Shown here: positions 13,827 to 29,821 of the stretch, piece after piece
Position numbering within the stretch: position 1 is the first letter of the stretch
Layout: each line of letters starts with the position of its first letter
Assembly (NCBI RefSeq): GCF_009914755.1
Contig: NC_060932.1
Direction: 5' to 3' (one strand)
DNA from: the human T2T-CHM13v2.0 reference genome, Homo sapiens
Length of the DNA stretch: 64,000 nt
Translations under genes and position numbers: made by a program
The notes under the pieces: generated by a model
Seen by the model: the letters and a program-made list of their open reading frames with translations, nothing else
What the model was told of the DNA's origin: nothing
Databases searched by the model: none

Positions 13827-14137
13827 TGCCAGGAGCAGTGGCTCACGACTGTAAGCCCAGCACTTTGGGAGGCTGAGGTGGGCAGATCACCTGAGGTCAG
13901 GAGTTCAAGACCAGCCTGGTCCAACATGGTGAAACCCTGTCTCTCCTGAAAATACAAAATTTAGCCAGGCATGGTGGTAGCCTGTAATTCCCTTAGGAGA
14001 CTGAGGCACGAGAATCACTTGAACCTAGGAGGCGGAGGTTGCAGTGAGCCAAGATCGCACCACTGCATTCCAGCCTGGATGACAGAGCGAGACTCCATCT
14101 CAAATAAATAAATAAATAAATAACATAAACAAAAAAC
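13827..14137 (+). mobile_element. AluSx-like element with (AAAT)n tail
   Basis: Full dimer, cacctgaggtcaggagttcaagaccagcc. Confidence 0.92.
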
Positions 14138-14171
14138 AGGGTTCAGCCCAGGTCTGTATCCAGTGCCCCTA

Positions 14172-14476
<305 letters not shown>

Positions 14477-16799
14477 TTAGGGAGGAAGAACCACACGTTC
14501 TCACACATGAACCAGTGTATATTCCAATGACAAGTATATGTGGAAATCTCAACTTCACCCAGCTCTTCTCTAGGTAAAACATTTCCATCAGATAATTACA
14601 TGACTGTGTGAAATAGCTCTCAGAATTTTCCTTATGGCCTTTTATGAGGATCTATTTGTTTAAACTTACATAATTTTAAAACTCATGCCATTTAAAAAAT
14701 GATACCTCATTTGACCTTGCCCTTTCTCCATGGTTTTTCAGACATTTCAGAAAGTGCTATGAATCTAATTTGCCTCTGTTATAAATGTAAATAGAAAATA
14801 TAGTTAGTGTTTGTGGAACATGAAGTGCCGAGTGAGTTTTTTGCTAGATCTTGTTTTGGCTGCTAAGATGCCAAGCCAGTTTTAGAACCAAGAAGTCTTA
14901 ATCTTAATGTCTTGACTGTCTTGACTACCCACATTACTGACGGTTCTGCAGGGCAGCACATTTTGGCAGCTTAAATCACTGTCTTCTTTGTTCTCTTTTA
15001 CTTTTAGTGAATGATCACATCATCACAGTGACTAGGGTCTTCAGAGTTCCCTTTCACACACTGGCTTAATGCTTCTGATAGTCCATAAGGATTTGAACTT
15101 TTGCTCCACAAAGCTAGAACCCTTGGTCTTACTCTGTAACTGGAATGCATTAAAACATTTTAAAACCTTAGGGAGTCGGGTAGGACTTAACCATCTCAAA
15201 GACTGAATAAGGTGTTTTGATAGAGACTAGTTAATTATTGTACTCTTTCAAGTATATGCAATATGAGGTATTTTCTTTATAATTAAATGCAGGCTTTTTT
15301 TGCTTTTTATAGACATTTAATAATTACATGGATGTGTTAAAAAATTTTAATGAGAAAATTACAAATAGTCAAAATTTTTTATATGTAAAATAAGTGAGGG
15401 AGAAGAAAGAGTAAATGTTTATAGAATGTGAAAAATTATATATGTAATACATAATAAATATGAGACTAGGAGGAATAAATGAAACCAAATTTTAGTGAAC
15501 ATTATTAGACTAATCTAGAATCTAAAAGATAATAAAATCTGTTAAAGCTAACATTTATAGAAAAATACACCGTGAAGTATATTTTTAAGACTAAAACTTC
15601 TTTTCTAAAAATCTAGTGTAAAGTTTCAGTAGATAACATTTTGAAAAACCAAGTGATGCTTTGAGTAACCTGGTCATTGCATAAAAGGATATATAAGATT
15701 TTTTTTTTCTTGGCCATTGTGCGGCAAGTTAATTTTTAGGATTATTGTTTTTAAATTAAAAGTTCAAAATAATTTCCCCAGAAAAGCAGTTGGGTAGAAA
15801 ATTCCTTTTCTACTATAAACCTATGACCAACAGTTCTCTTGTATTTTGAATTTTTAAATCTGGTTTCTCCTTTATTTGCCTTACACAAGACATCAGTCAT
15901 ATGTAAATGAATGAATAAATACACAGAGTACTTAAAGAGTTAAATTTGTAAACACAGGACATGAAAATAAGTTTAGATGGAAAAGGAATTCACATCAAGT
16001 TACTTTATAACAAAGGAACAAAAACAGGTAAAGTATAAAAGCATTATTTGTATGTGTACTTTCAAAAATAAGAATAAAAATACAATCCACACAAAGTAAT
16101 TTCTGTATAATGTCTCACAGAATTTAGGTATTCACTTAGAAGTCAGATGTAATGATGTCCAAATAAAAGAACATTGAATAGAAGGCAGAAAAGGTTATTT
16201 AAGATTACAGGTGATAGATACACCTCTGTGGAAAAGGCAAACAACCAGGTGTGAAACAGAATCTGGCTGTTCACACCTCTTAGAATGCTCAATAAATGAG
16301 TGACAAAATGAATGGAGGAAAGGCTTTTAGGCTTAGGGATGACCCTAGGTAACTCTAGCAGGAAAATGTTGATTTTAACAAAATTTCACCCTGTCCCCTT
16401 GATTTATCTGTAGAGGTGTTTACCAAATTCTGAAAACACACTTGAAACTACTCTTAAAATAAAAAATTTTAATACACTGACATTAAAAACATACTGTGTA
16501 TTTGATGTTAGGGTAGTTTTATGTATTTCTGCATAACATCAAGTGTTAGTGAGTTTGTACCTGTAAAAAGGTACTAAATTTGTTAATTGAGGCTAAGAAG
16601 AGAACAATGGAAGTATGTCTTCTTGATAACCAATCATGTGGGTGTCCGAATCCAGCGGACCTGATTATATCCAGGCCCTGCCACTTTACTGATTTGGGGG
16701 CTCTTCTTCAAGCCTTGATTTTCCTTCCTATGCTGTTGATCGTGGCCACCTCAAAGGGTAAGAGGATCAAATTAAATGAGATAGTGGGTGTTTTTGTTG

Positions 16800-17100
<301 letters not shown>

Positions 17101-17204
17101 GAGATGGGTATTTTTAAAGCTACTGGCATTCAATAATGGTAAAAATGCTGTTAATTAATGATAATGACAACCTTCACAAAGGACTGGTTTTTATTCCTAA
17201 AGTC

Positions 17205-17866
<662 letters not shown>

Positions 17867-18197
17867 TCTGTATACTGGTTTTTAAAATAATTTTGGTGGA
17901 ACCTCAAATTCCAGTGGATTCAGAGTATTTCTAAACATTGACTTATAGTTAATGGTAAAATTATTCATCCTTCCTTTCTTGGAGCTCATCAGGGAAACAC
18001 AGTTGCAATGTTATCCTTAATATTCTCAAGCCTATAAAATATTGTAACCTGAACAAACACATCCTCATCTCCCTTTTATTTTATCTTAATTGTGCACATC
18101 TTTCTCCATTTCAAATTCTAATTGAATCTCTGTTTCGAAGACCCAACATCCATTGATTATAATGTTTCTTTAGCAGCCAGTGAGATTCCTGACTTAG

Positions 18198-18481
<284 letters not shown>

Positions 18482-19665
18482 CTGACTTAGAGTTTATAGA
18501 TAAGCCTTTTTGCAGAAGGGGAGAAATTCAGCCTCAGTTTGGTTAGATCACTAGTAATCTAATTGCAAGGATTCATTAGAGTAGAGGAAGAGCACTGATT
18601 TCAGTTGTGTAGTGGCGAGATAGGTTTTGCCTCACTTTGTTTTGGCTCCCTGTGCAGCACAGGAAGTACTTTGCAGTGAACTTCCTAAGTTTGGACTTGA
18701 CTGTTTACATTCTTTTCAACTAACTTGTGCCTTAAGCCCCAAGTTCTTGGTTGGAAGGAGGTTGCAAGCCATTTGATGGTGTGTGTTAGAGGTGTTTTAA
18801 AAAATAGGGTTAAGGAGCAAATTTACCCACTTTGCTTATTTCTGTACTTTTATGAAATTCATCAGTGACATCTCCCCCAACCCTATTGATTAATTTAGTA
18901 TATGGTATTAGTAAATGATGTTGAGGACCAGTAAATAATGTATTGGTATAAATGGCTCATTTTTATCCTTAGTGAAATAAAGGATATAAAACCATTGACT
19001 TATAAAATTATTTGTATTTTTTAAATGTACTACAGCTTTTTCTTTCTAAAAATTTGTTGTCAAGTTGTACAGTTTGAAAATTAGTAGCTAGATCAAGATA
19101 GTGATTATCTTTGGGGGAGGGGGAAGAAAACAAGAAAATGCACGTTTTCTACTTGCTCTTGGTATTTCATTTCATTAACATTACCTAAACTTGGTTGGGC
19201 ACACACAGGGTGGGAGGTTTCACTGGATCCTGTTGGGGGCTGGGGGGCTGATTGCTAAAATACTGGAGAGCAGAAACAGGATTGTGAAAATATACTTGGA
19301 GGCCTATTGCGGTCTATGTCTGATCTTTAAATAGAAATCTTCTCAAAATGGTTTTGGAAAGTTTAGGCAACTGTTTTTTTTCAATTGTAGAGTTTGTTTA
19401 TGTCAGTACTGTTTTCTCTCCTCCTCCTACCTCTTTTTTTCTTCTGCACCAGCCACTAATAAAAGCTCAAAGTAAACTTTGCAGAACGATCCTTAAAACA
19501 TATACAGAAAGTTAAGATAGGTCCTCAAATGACCTAACAAGCACTTAAGGTGAAGCTAAAAGAAGAGCTCGTTAAATGCATTCTCTTAGCCTGCCTACCT
19601 CACAAGTAGGACTTATTCTTCATGTGCTTTTCCATGTAGACACAGACACCCCCACCCCTCCCCCA

Positions 19666-19946
19666 ATGGAGTTTCGCTCTTGTCGCCCAGGCTGGAGTGC
19701 AATGGCACAATCTCGGCTCACTGCAATCTCCGGCCTCCACGATTCAGGCAATTCTTCTGCCTCAGCCTCCTGAGTAGCTGGGATTACAGGCGTGCAGCAC
19801 CACGTCTGGCTAATTTTTGTATTTTTATTAGAGATAGGGTTTCACCATGGTTGTCAGGCTGGTCTCGAACTCCTGACCTCAGGTGATCCACCTGCCCCGG
19901 CCTCCCAAAGTGCTGACATTACAGGTGTGAGCCACTGCGCCCAGCC
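19666..19946 (-). mobile_element. AluSp/Sq-like element lacking a poly(A) tail
   Basis: atggagtttcgctcttgtcgcccaggctgg...gccactgcgcccagcc; a C-tract sits where poly-T is expected. Confidence 0.9.
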
Positions 19947-22900
19947 GACACACTTGTTTTTTAAAATAATTCTCTGAGACTTTTTATATTACACAGTGTT
20001 AATTATTCAACTTATCTTTGAGTGCATAAAGCACTTTCACACATGCATGCATCCATTGTCTCATTTTGCCTGATAAGTGCATAATATGTATTAGATGCAA
20101 AAGTAGGTTGATCTCCTTTTCAGTAATTAGAAGATTAATGTGTAATTATGTATAATTAGTCCTTTCTTTAAAGAGCTGACACCACGCTTGTCAACACCAG
20201 TAACCCTTTGACTTAAAAAAAAAAATACCCCTTTTATCTTTAAAGGATCTAGATCGTCATCTGCTAATTGGATATGAAATTAGTAAGTATTTCAAAACCC
20301 ATCCCTTCCAAGTTTAATCCTGGGTTTTGTACTTGGCAGAAGCTGTATGGGCACATATGTGGCCCTTATGAATGAAAGTGATTCTCTCAATTTGCAATCA
20401 CTAGGAAAAAAAAATACAAGCTACTTTTAAAGTTGTTATTGATAATGAATTTGCACATAAACCCCCCTACTTTTTCACTGGATTCACTATGTAACCAAAG
20501 GGGTGTGTATTTTCTAGACTGGCCTGTTTCAGTAATATAGACTGGCTTCTTTAAGAATAAGGTTGTGATTTCTTTTGTCCATTTTATTGTTGTTTTCTTT
20601 TTTTCTTACTCTTTTTTTCCTTTTTGGTGCCAAATTCACTGATTTAAGCCTATGATCTGAGCTTTACAGAGATGAATCACATAATCGGGAAATCATTTAC
20701 ATGTTCACATTGACAGGGCATGGTTTCTATGCCACATTTCTGAAATTTTTGATGTGACACCCATAAGGCTTTAGTCAAATACAAGGACGTGCTTTGTTGA
20801 GGCAAACCCACTGTTGATTTCCCAAGTCAGTGAAGTTGGCCATTAAAATTCTGAAGTTTCTTTGGTGTCACTTGACAGTGACCGACATCAGACTGGAATG
20901 TCTTGGGCCAACATTAAGCCAATATGGACCATTAAAAATTTGTTTATAGGTTTTCCCCAAATCACCCCAAGGTCTCTATCAGAGTTGAAAATTTAACTGA
21001 ATTGAGAGCTATTGCCTAGGATCTGCTTCCTTTAAGCTTTCATTTTGAGTGCCTTCATTTAGCAGGTAGCAGGAGAAAAAGACATTGATGCAAAGGGGAA
21101 AGAATGTATGCCAATGGGTTTATTCATTATCCTTACAGTGAGACAGGAGAGGAAAAGGCAGTAAGGACTCTGCAATGAAAGGGACTACTGGCAGCACCAG
21201 CCACGTTTGGTGTTTGTGCATTAAGGATTCTAAGGGATGTTTTTATGCCTACCAGAGCAGTTGACCTGCTGCTTTACCTTCTGTTCACCTTCAGAGTTCT
21301 CGGTGTAAAAATGTGAGCATCAGGATTCCTGAGTAAGAGAGTACCATCTGCACTCTGGCCTATGTTTCTTTCCATGTAATATTATCTATTTCAAAGTGTC
21401 ACTGTAAAATATTTCTTTAATGGGTAACTGACTGTGTTTGGGTTAGAAACAGCCCTTTCCTATCATTGTCAGGGCCCAGGTCTTTCAATCATCCTTTTCA
21501 GAATGGTTTGAGAACATAGTGGCAAAAGTTCAAACAATCATGCCCTCTCGACCCTTTGGAAAATAAACTCTGCTTGTCTCTGATTCTCTTGACATGTTAA
21601 AGATTGCGTTTATCGCTTCTTCAAAGGCCCTGTCATGACTTTATAGTCATCCTATACAAAGCAGATTCTCCTAGGGCATGGTTATATACATAGGGGTGGT
21701 TGGCTAACACAAAAAGTAAGTGTGTGTTGTAGAAAAGAAATTAATTGGGCTGGGGTGGATGGTCAAGTCAGATGGAGATTCCAGATACCTTCGAAGTATA
21801 TCTGCCTGGTTCCTCCTACAAAGGGAATCCAGTCTCTGCAATTACCAGCCAGGCCTCTAAGATCTACTCAGACTGTGTGAACCAACAGACATGGGGCAGG
21901 AGAAGCAGGACACACGTCAGCTCCCTGTGGGGGAAACACAGGAAATAAAGGAAACTACACAGCATCAGACTGGACAGCAGCTCAGGTGTCCTGCTGCTTT
22001 CTCCCAATTGGGGCAGTCTCAGAGCAGAGTATGAATCTCATCTTTCTCTTCCTAAGTAATAGAAGAACCTCTCCAAAAAAGCCAAAGGAGAAGAATCCCC
22101 ATTGGTTCATATTTGGAAGAGGAGCTCCATAGCTGATAAGCACTGGGCCATAGGGATTAGTGTTTATCAGATGTCAGGCATTAATCCGGCCATTTACAAG
22201 ATCTCATTTAATCTTTACAATGAATGCTATGAAATATGGACTATATTCATCCCCAGTTTACAGCAGAGGACTGAGACACAGAAAGGTTAAACAGTATATC
22301 CAAGGTCAATACTGGAGTAGTATTTGAATCTAGGAAGTCAGACTCTTAAATCCACACTCCCGATTCTCACAGTGTAAGCCTCTTGTTCCTGGGGAGGTTC
22401 CACAAAATTGATTGTGATGCTGAGTTGGGATGTCTCTTTTATAATTGTGACTATAATTAACTATAGCTGATGGTACTCCTAGACACCTAGTTTTCTCGAT
22501 ACCTTTGCCAGTTGTAGAAGGGGATTGATTAACCAAGACCTTCTTCTCCTGGTTGCTTTTCTAATCCTTCTAGGTTCGGGGGCAGACATGAGGTTTTCCC
22601 CATTTTGTTATTGGAGCAGTTACTACATACCTTAAACACAATGTATTGTTTTCACCATAGGAATTTGGCTTAGTGGTGGGAGGGTGTGAGTTTGAGTGCC
22701 ACAGTTTATTCAAAGGAATAAAAGTGAAGCCAAATGTACATTGTATTTTAAGAAGTGGCCTAGTCACTAGGAAATATTAAAATCTTTTTATCCCTCTGGT
22801 TAATGAGGATGAGATTAGGCTTCTCTATCATGGCCAATATTATTCTTTTATAACACTTAGCTTGTTACAGATATTATCAGAGGAGAAGTTACACAGGCTT

Positions 22901-23784
22901 GAAATCAAAGATAAACCTGTGGAAACATTCTAGACTAGACATGGAAACATATTCCTGTCTGTTACTAAAACATTCAAAAGAGGATAAAATTTTATTGCGT
23001 TTTATGGAACATCTGGTTTAGAAACAATTATGAAGGTTTTTTTTTTTTTTTTAAATTCAAGGGGTTAAAAATCAAAACTGACTTCAAGATATGTGGTAAC
23101 CTAACACTTCCTGGAAGACTGTTCAATTAGGCAATCAAGCGAGAAACTGTGCCCAGACTCATGGCCCAGCATCACCTCTAATGGCTCCATGGGCACGTAT
23201 ACCACAGGAAGCCTTGGGAAAGGGGTCTCTTTCTCCAAGTGCAGTATAGCTGTTTTACCAATGGACAGGCAAACATGTTTTCAAATGACTGATTTAGGCA
23301 AGGGAAAAAAGGAGTATTAAATCAGATTATTCTAAGGTAAAGCCAGGGCAAGCACTGGGAGGTAGTTGGATTAAGAAAAAGAATGAGGCATAATTGGTGT
23401 GATACAGTTTCTCATTGGGCAGTAACCCAGCAGCACAGGCTGTTGTATTAACAGTCCTGATGTCTTTGCAAGCAATGCCCTTATTTAGGAAAAGTATGAA
23501 ATACGGTTTACATCTGACGGATTCTTTCCCTCACTTGTTCATTCTCTGTTGGAATCCATATCTACCTAAGTTTCATCACAATGCAAACTGAACAACAGCC
23601 TCAGTTATTATCTGGAAACAATGTAGTCTTTATAAAAGAAAAATCTTCACAGAACTGTAATGTCCTCACACACACACGCTCTATTGGGAATTTAAAAATT
23701 GGATTGTGATATGGATTCTACCAGTAGTTAGCTGGGAATTTAGGCACATTATTTTTCTGGATCTTTTTTCATCTGTGTTGGGAA

Positions 23785-24302
<518 letters not shown>

Positions 24303-25028
24303 GCTTGATGACCCCAAAAGTTCAGTACTAATTATGAATTTCATGATTTATGTTGACAAACCTGTATTACTTATCAGAGAACCTGACCCAGTTCTCTACT
24401 AGCTTCCCATTCCTGTGATCTTTACTCATAGTTTTCTATTTTAAAAATGTTTGAGTGTCACAAGTTTTCACTTGTAACACAGTGATATATTAATAAATGG
24501 TAGAAAACTTCTACTGGTTCATTTTTAACTCACCTGCACACTGTTGTCTCTCAGTGAGTCCTGTGCTCTCCACTGTAATAGATTACCCAGATGCGGGTTT
24601 ATCTGTGGCCTGTCACGGAGTCATTTCAGGCTCCAACTGAGCGTAACAATTGTTTTCACAGACTCCTGGGGAAACTTTCGACTATACCTTGCTTAGTTTC
24701 TGTTTCTGATATAACCGATTATGATGCCTGTGGCAGAGAAAGCTGACAATACTCAAAAAACTAAATATATTTTAACCTTGGACCAATATTTGAGAGCTCA
24801 GAATCTCTCTAAAGTATGTATTTACTTCCTAGTTTCTGATGGAAATGACATGGCTATCAATTTTAAGAAACAGTTTATATTCCTAACTTATGTTTTTAAC
24901 TTCTAAAAAGGCAAAAAAAATTCTTTCTGCTTCATTTCCTTTTCTCCTGTTGAAAGATTTGTGGTCCCCAGGATATTTCCTTTTCTTGTGACCAAAACGC
25001 TCTTTGAAAATAGTAGAAGGCTTTTATT

Positions 25029-25678
<650 letters not shown>

Positions 25679-26902
25679 ACAAGGTCACAGAGGGATAGTA
25701 GCAAATTTGACCTTGAGTTTCATTGGCTGTGGGTTTTCATTTGGAGTTGGCCTTGGAGGAAGGGGCAGTATAAAGGTTGTTAGAATCAATTGAAGAAGTC
25801 TTTCAGCCTACTAGATGGGATCGTATATTACTACTACCTTACTATTTTTATCCTATAGTAAAAGGCAGTTTCATCTAGTTCAGTACATATGCCTCAGATC
25901 TACTGGATCAACAGATCAGAATGGAAGTGTAGGAAGCTCTAGCAGAATCTGATAGGAAGCTCTTAAAGAAGTGACTTGTGGCTGTATCCCAGAGGAGGTA
26001 GAGCCTTTGATTATTTAGAAGCTTCCTTGGAGAAGTTCAGTATCTCAGAAAGTCAAAGCAGGTGGGGAGGGGAGTTGGAATTCTAGATCCTCAGCTTTTA
26101 GTCAATATTTATAATATATATTCATAAGTGGGTTAGCAGAAAGATGAATGGGTCGATGAATCAGCTTTCACTTTTGAAATGGTAGAATAGTTTTTACTTG
26201 CTATGAATGCATAGGCAAAGTGGAGACAACAAGGATGGGGAGAGACTCCAAATTGAAGACAGAAACAAATGACTAACTGTATGTCAAATGAATAACACAA
26301 CCACACTGAAGGTGGGGGGAATGGGGAAACTAACCCACAAATAATCCAAATAATATACATATTGGCAACATACATTTAGACTAAAGACAAAAAACTGTAA
26401 ATAAATATAAGTTGTAGTTAATAGACTTTTTATAGTGGTATCGGTTAGCAATTGTGCATTTTTGTATTGAGCAAATAAATAAATGTATAGTAGATAATGA
26501 GAGCTAGGATTCTCGCTATTAGAGGAGTTACACATAGGCAAAGGAGAGGGATAGAATTAACCAAATGGTGTTAGATTGGAATTGGAGCTATCAGTATGAA
26601 CTTCAATACATCTAAATATATTTTAAATATATTAAAATGTGTTTATTAAAATAAAAATTAAAAATATTTTAAATATATCTATATGATGCAGAGAAGTAGA
26701 TCTGAATGTTAGGGCATGTATGTGTACACAACTGGGACACTTGGAACAGCAAAATAAATAATGATAGTAATGAATTATAAAGCATAGAGCTAAATATAAG
26801 TCTGTAAGTCATTACTGATGTAAATAATTAACAGGGCAGAAGGGAGAGCTTTTCCATGGAGTAGAAAGCTGATACACTGTATATAAAAGGAGCAATGAAG
26901 GC

Positions 26903-27025
26903 AATCCCAGCTACTCGGGAGGCTGAGGCAGGAGAATTGCTTAAACACAGGAGGTGGAGGTTGCAGTAAGCCGCTGAGATCATGCCGCTGCACTGTAGCC
27001 TGAGTGACAGAGCAAGACTCCGTCT
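26903..27025 (+). mobile_element. Alu right-arm fragment without A tail
   Basis: aatcccagctactcgggaggctgaggcaggagaattg...gcaagactccgtct; TSD AGGAGCAATGA at 26888 and 27039. Confidence 0.9.
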
Positions 27026-27623
27026 GGTGGCAGCAGGGAGGAGCAATGAGATTACTAAAGCACCATTTGGCAACTACAATAGTAACAGTTGCTTCAGGTA
27101 ATAATTATTAATAGGTGTTAAAACTAGTAGATTTTTTTGAAAAACAACATATTTATATAGTCTGGAAATATCTGTCTATAAGAAACTACTTAAAAAGGGA
27201 AAACAGCATCTTTACAATAGAGAAACTTGGCAAATGATCAAAGCTAATATCACTCGTAATGGGACAAAAGTGACATCATGTGCCTCTTGATATTATGCAC
27301 TGTGCAGGACATCCATCTCTGATCTTCCTGCCAAAAAATGCGTAACCTGAATCTAAACCAAAAAAAAAAAATTAGATAAACCCAAATCGAGGGCTACTCT
27401 ACAAAATAAATAGCTTGTAGTTTTCAAAAATATCAAGCTCATGAAAGGTAAGGACTGAAGAACTCTTTCAGGAGACTAAAGTGATGACAACTAAGTGCTG
27501 TGTGATTCTGGATTAGATCTTGGATCAGGAAAACAAAGAGATGTCCTTGTTTTTAGGAAATCAAACTGAAGTAAAGGGTAAAAGAATAGCATGCTTGCTA
27601 CTTACTTTTAATCAGTTCAGGGG

Positions 27624-27627
<4 letters not shown>

Positions 27628-27658
<31 letters not shown>
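27628..27658. repeat. (TG)n microsatellite, about 15 units
   Basis: Direct reading. Confidence 0.95.
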
Positions 27659-27661
<3 letters not shown>

Positions 27662-28714
27662 ATAAATGTGAAATGCTAACATCTAAGAAATCTGTGCAAA
27701 GGGTATATAGGAATTATACTATGTCTGCAATTTTTCTGTAAGTCTGAAATTATTTCAGAATAAAGTTCTTTGTTAAAAGTAACTAGTTTTTAAAAACATA
27801 GCTGGTTGAATGCTGTGTCCCAGTAGGAAATCCCTTATTCCACCTCTCTCCTTTTGTTTTTAATTCTGTATTGGATTTTATAAATTATACATAGTTGTAA
27901 AAATTTCAAATGATGCAAAATTGTACAAAAGTCTGTGCCCTCTCTCACCCCTACCACTAAGTTGACTGCTATTATTAACTGGTTGGTTGTCTCATTCTAA
28001 ACCTTTCTGGACTTACACAGATAGAGAAGTATACATGCAGGTGTATATACAGTCTCCTCTACCCCCATACTACCAAACATTGTTGAGTATCTTTTTTTTT
28101 TTTTTTTCAGGCTAATCTAGCCATGGACATCTTTCTCAATATGTATATATAGCTCTGCTTTGTTTCTAAGCATTTTTTTTCTAAATGAGTCATTCCATTG
28201 TCCCTAAAACTCATTGTCAAGGACTGATGGACTAACTTTAGCGCAGAACCATTTGTAACAACACTGGGAGCCTGAAGCTAACAGAATTGAAGTACTCTGT
28301 TTATTGTACCACATAACCAAGACTGTATCAGGTATGAGGGTGCTCTGAAGACCTCAGTGACAGGAATTTGGAGACTTTTTCTCTAGTGAGAGGCTGTTAC
28401 GGTGACTCAGCTTTGGTCAACACCATTTTCTGTGTCTCTATATAGGCTCAAGGTTGAAATCCTTATAAGAGAAAACAGGTTTTGTCACTTTAGGCTGCAG
28501 CTGCCCCTTAAATAGGCAGCTGTGGTCAGAGGAATAAGGGCACAGAACACAGACATTGGCCCCTGAGTACCCTTCCCAAAGAAGAAGGCTTAGAGGGCAG
28601 TAGCCATCTCATCCCAGCTTCTCTTCCCAGGGCTGCTCTAATGGTTTCATATCTGATCTGTTCTAGTCCCTTCATTGAGTCTGTCTTCCCTACCACCCCT
28701 AGAGTTACCGCCAA

Positions 28715-28870
28715 TCACTGTGATTCTCAAATGTGGTCCCTACACAAACAGCATCAGCATTACCCTGAACTTGTTAAAAATGCAAATTTTCAGATTCCAT
28801 CTCAGAGCTACTGAACCAGAAACTCTAGCAAATCCTCCAAGTTGATGCTGCTAACATTTGAGGGTCACAG
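28715..28870. mobile_element. MER5A DNA-transposon MITE, flanked by L2-like sequence
   Basis: gtgattctcaaatgtggtccc...cagcatcagcattacc...cttgttaaaaatgcaaatt...ctactgaaccagaaactct. Confidence 0.8.
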
Positions 28871-29782
28871 ACCTACTACATAAAGCTGATCATATTATCC
28901 CCCCCATTTTTAAAACCTAATGGCTTAGCTGAGCACACACTCCAAAGTCCTCAGTCATGGCATAAGAGGTCCTTTGTGATCTCTCCCCAGTCTGCTTGTT
29001 CAGCCACCCCACCCCCGACCCCTCCCACCCCAACACCCTTTCTGCATCCTGTTACAGGGAAATTTGCTGAGCCCTTTCCTGAACTGCACCTGGTGAACTT
29101 CTACTCTTCATCACTTCCTCTGGTGCCTTCCCTGGCTCCCTGGCATGAAACTGCCCTGGTATACTTTTAAGTATACTGGACGAACAAGAATATGTTGTTT
29201 CTCAGCAGTGTCCTTTTAAAGATCTCCCAGAATTTGCCCTGAGTAGGGAATTCAGCCTCTGTAGATTATATGGAACCTGCATTTGTAGAGACTGTTGGCT
29301 GTCCAGTAGCCAGTCAGATTGGGGTGCTTGTAAGTAACTGTTTATATTCAAATTAATATACTAATATTCAGAAACTGTCCTTTCTGGTCCATGTAATAAA
29401 TAGGACACCATTTACATTTGGAAGAGAAAGGTTCTCTGTTCATTGTGAGAAGAACGGTGAATTATGAGCAAGAGAGGAAAAGGTTGCTTTTGAAAGACAC
29501 AGGTTCACCCTTTCACTTGGCAGTAATCTTATCCTGACAGCATTTAATGTGGAGTAATTGTAGCCAGAGAAGAATCTTAGTAGGCTTTAATTAAAAACAC
29601 AAGGAATTTTTTTCTCTTGTCTTCTTCCTATCTGCCTCTTTTTCTTTTTTCCCTCTTCGTTTCTGTGTTCTCCCTTTTCCTGCCCCTCTTTTTTCTCCTC
29701 TTCATCATCCCTTAACATTTAAAATGTTTTTGGCTTGGCTAATCCCTATGGATGGAAACTTAGCTGCGCAGGATATTGATTA

Positions 29783-29821
29783 CCAAATATGGTATTGCTG
29801 CTAAAGATGTTAGAGGAATGT
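29783..29821. promoter_or_regulatory. Candidate SRF (CArG) + TEAD (MCAT) enhancer core
   Basis: CCAAATATGG at 29783-29792; GGAATGT at 29815-29821. Confidence 0.4.

Larger units (their letters stand above)
26280..27770 (+). mobile_element. Old L1MC/ME 3' region(s) containing an Alu arm and a (TG)n tract
   Basis: gatcaaagctaatatcac...gacatcatgtgcctc...ataaacccaaatcgagggctactctacaaaataa...tgcaatttttctgtaagtctgaaattatttcagaataaag. Confidence 0.7.

Noticed and set aside
26611-26682. AT-rich quasi-palindromic stretch
   Set aside because: Low-complexity A/T sequence within old L1; the self-complementarity is expected from composition.
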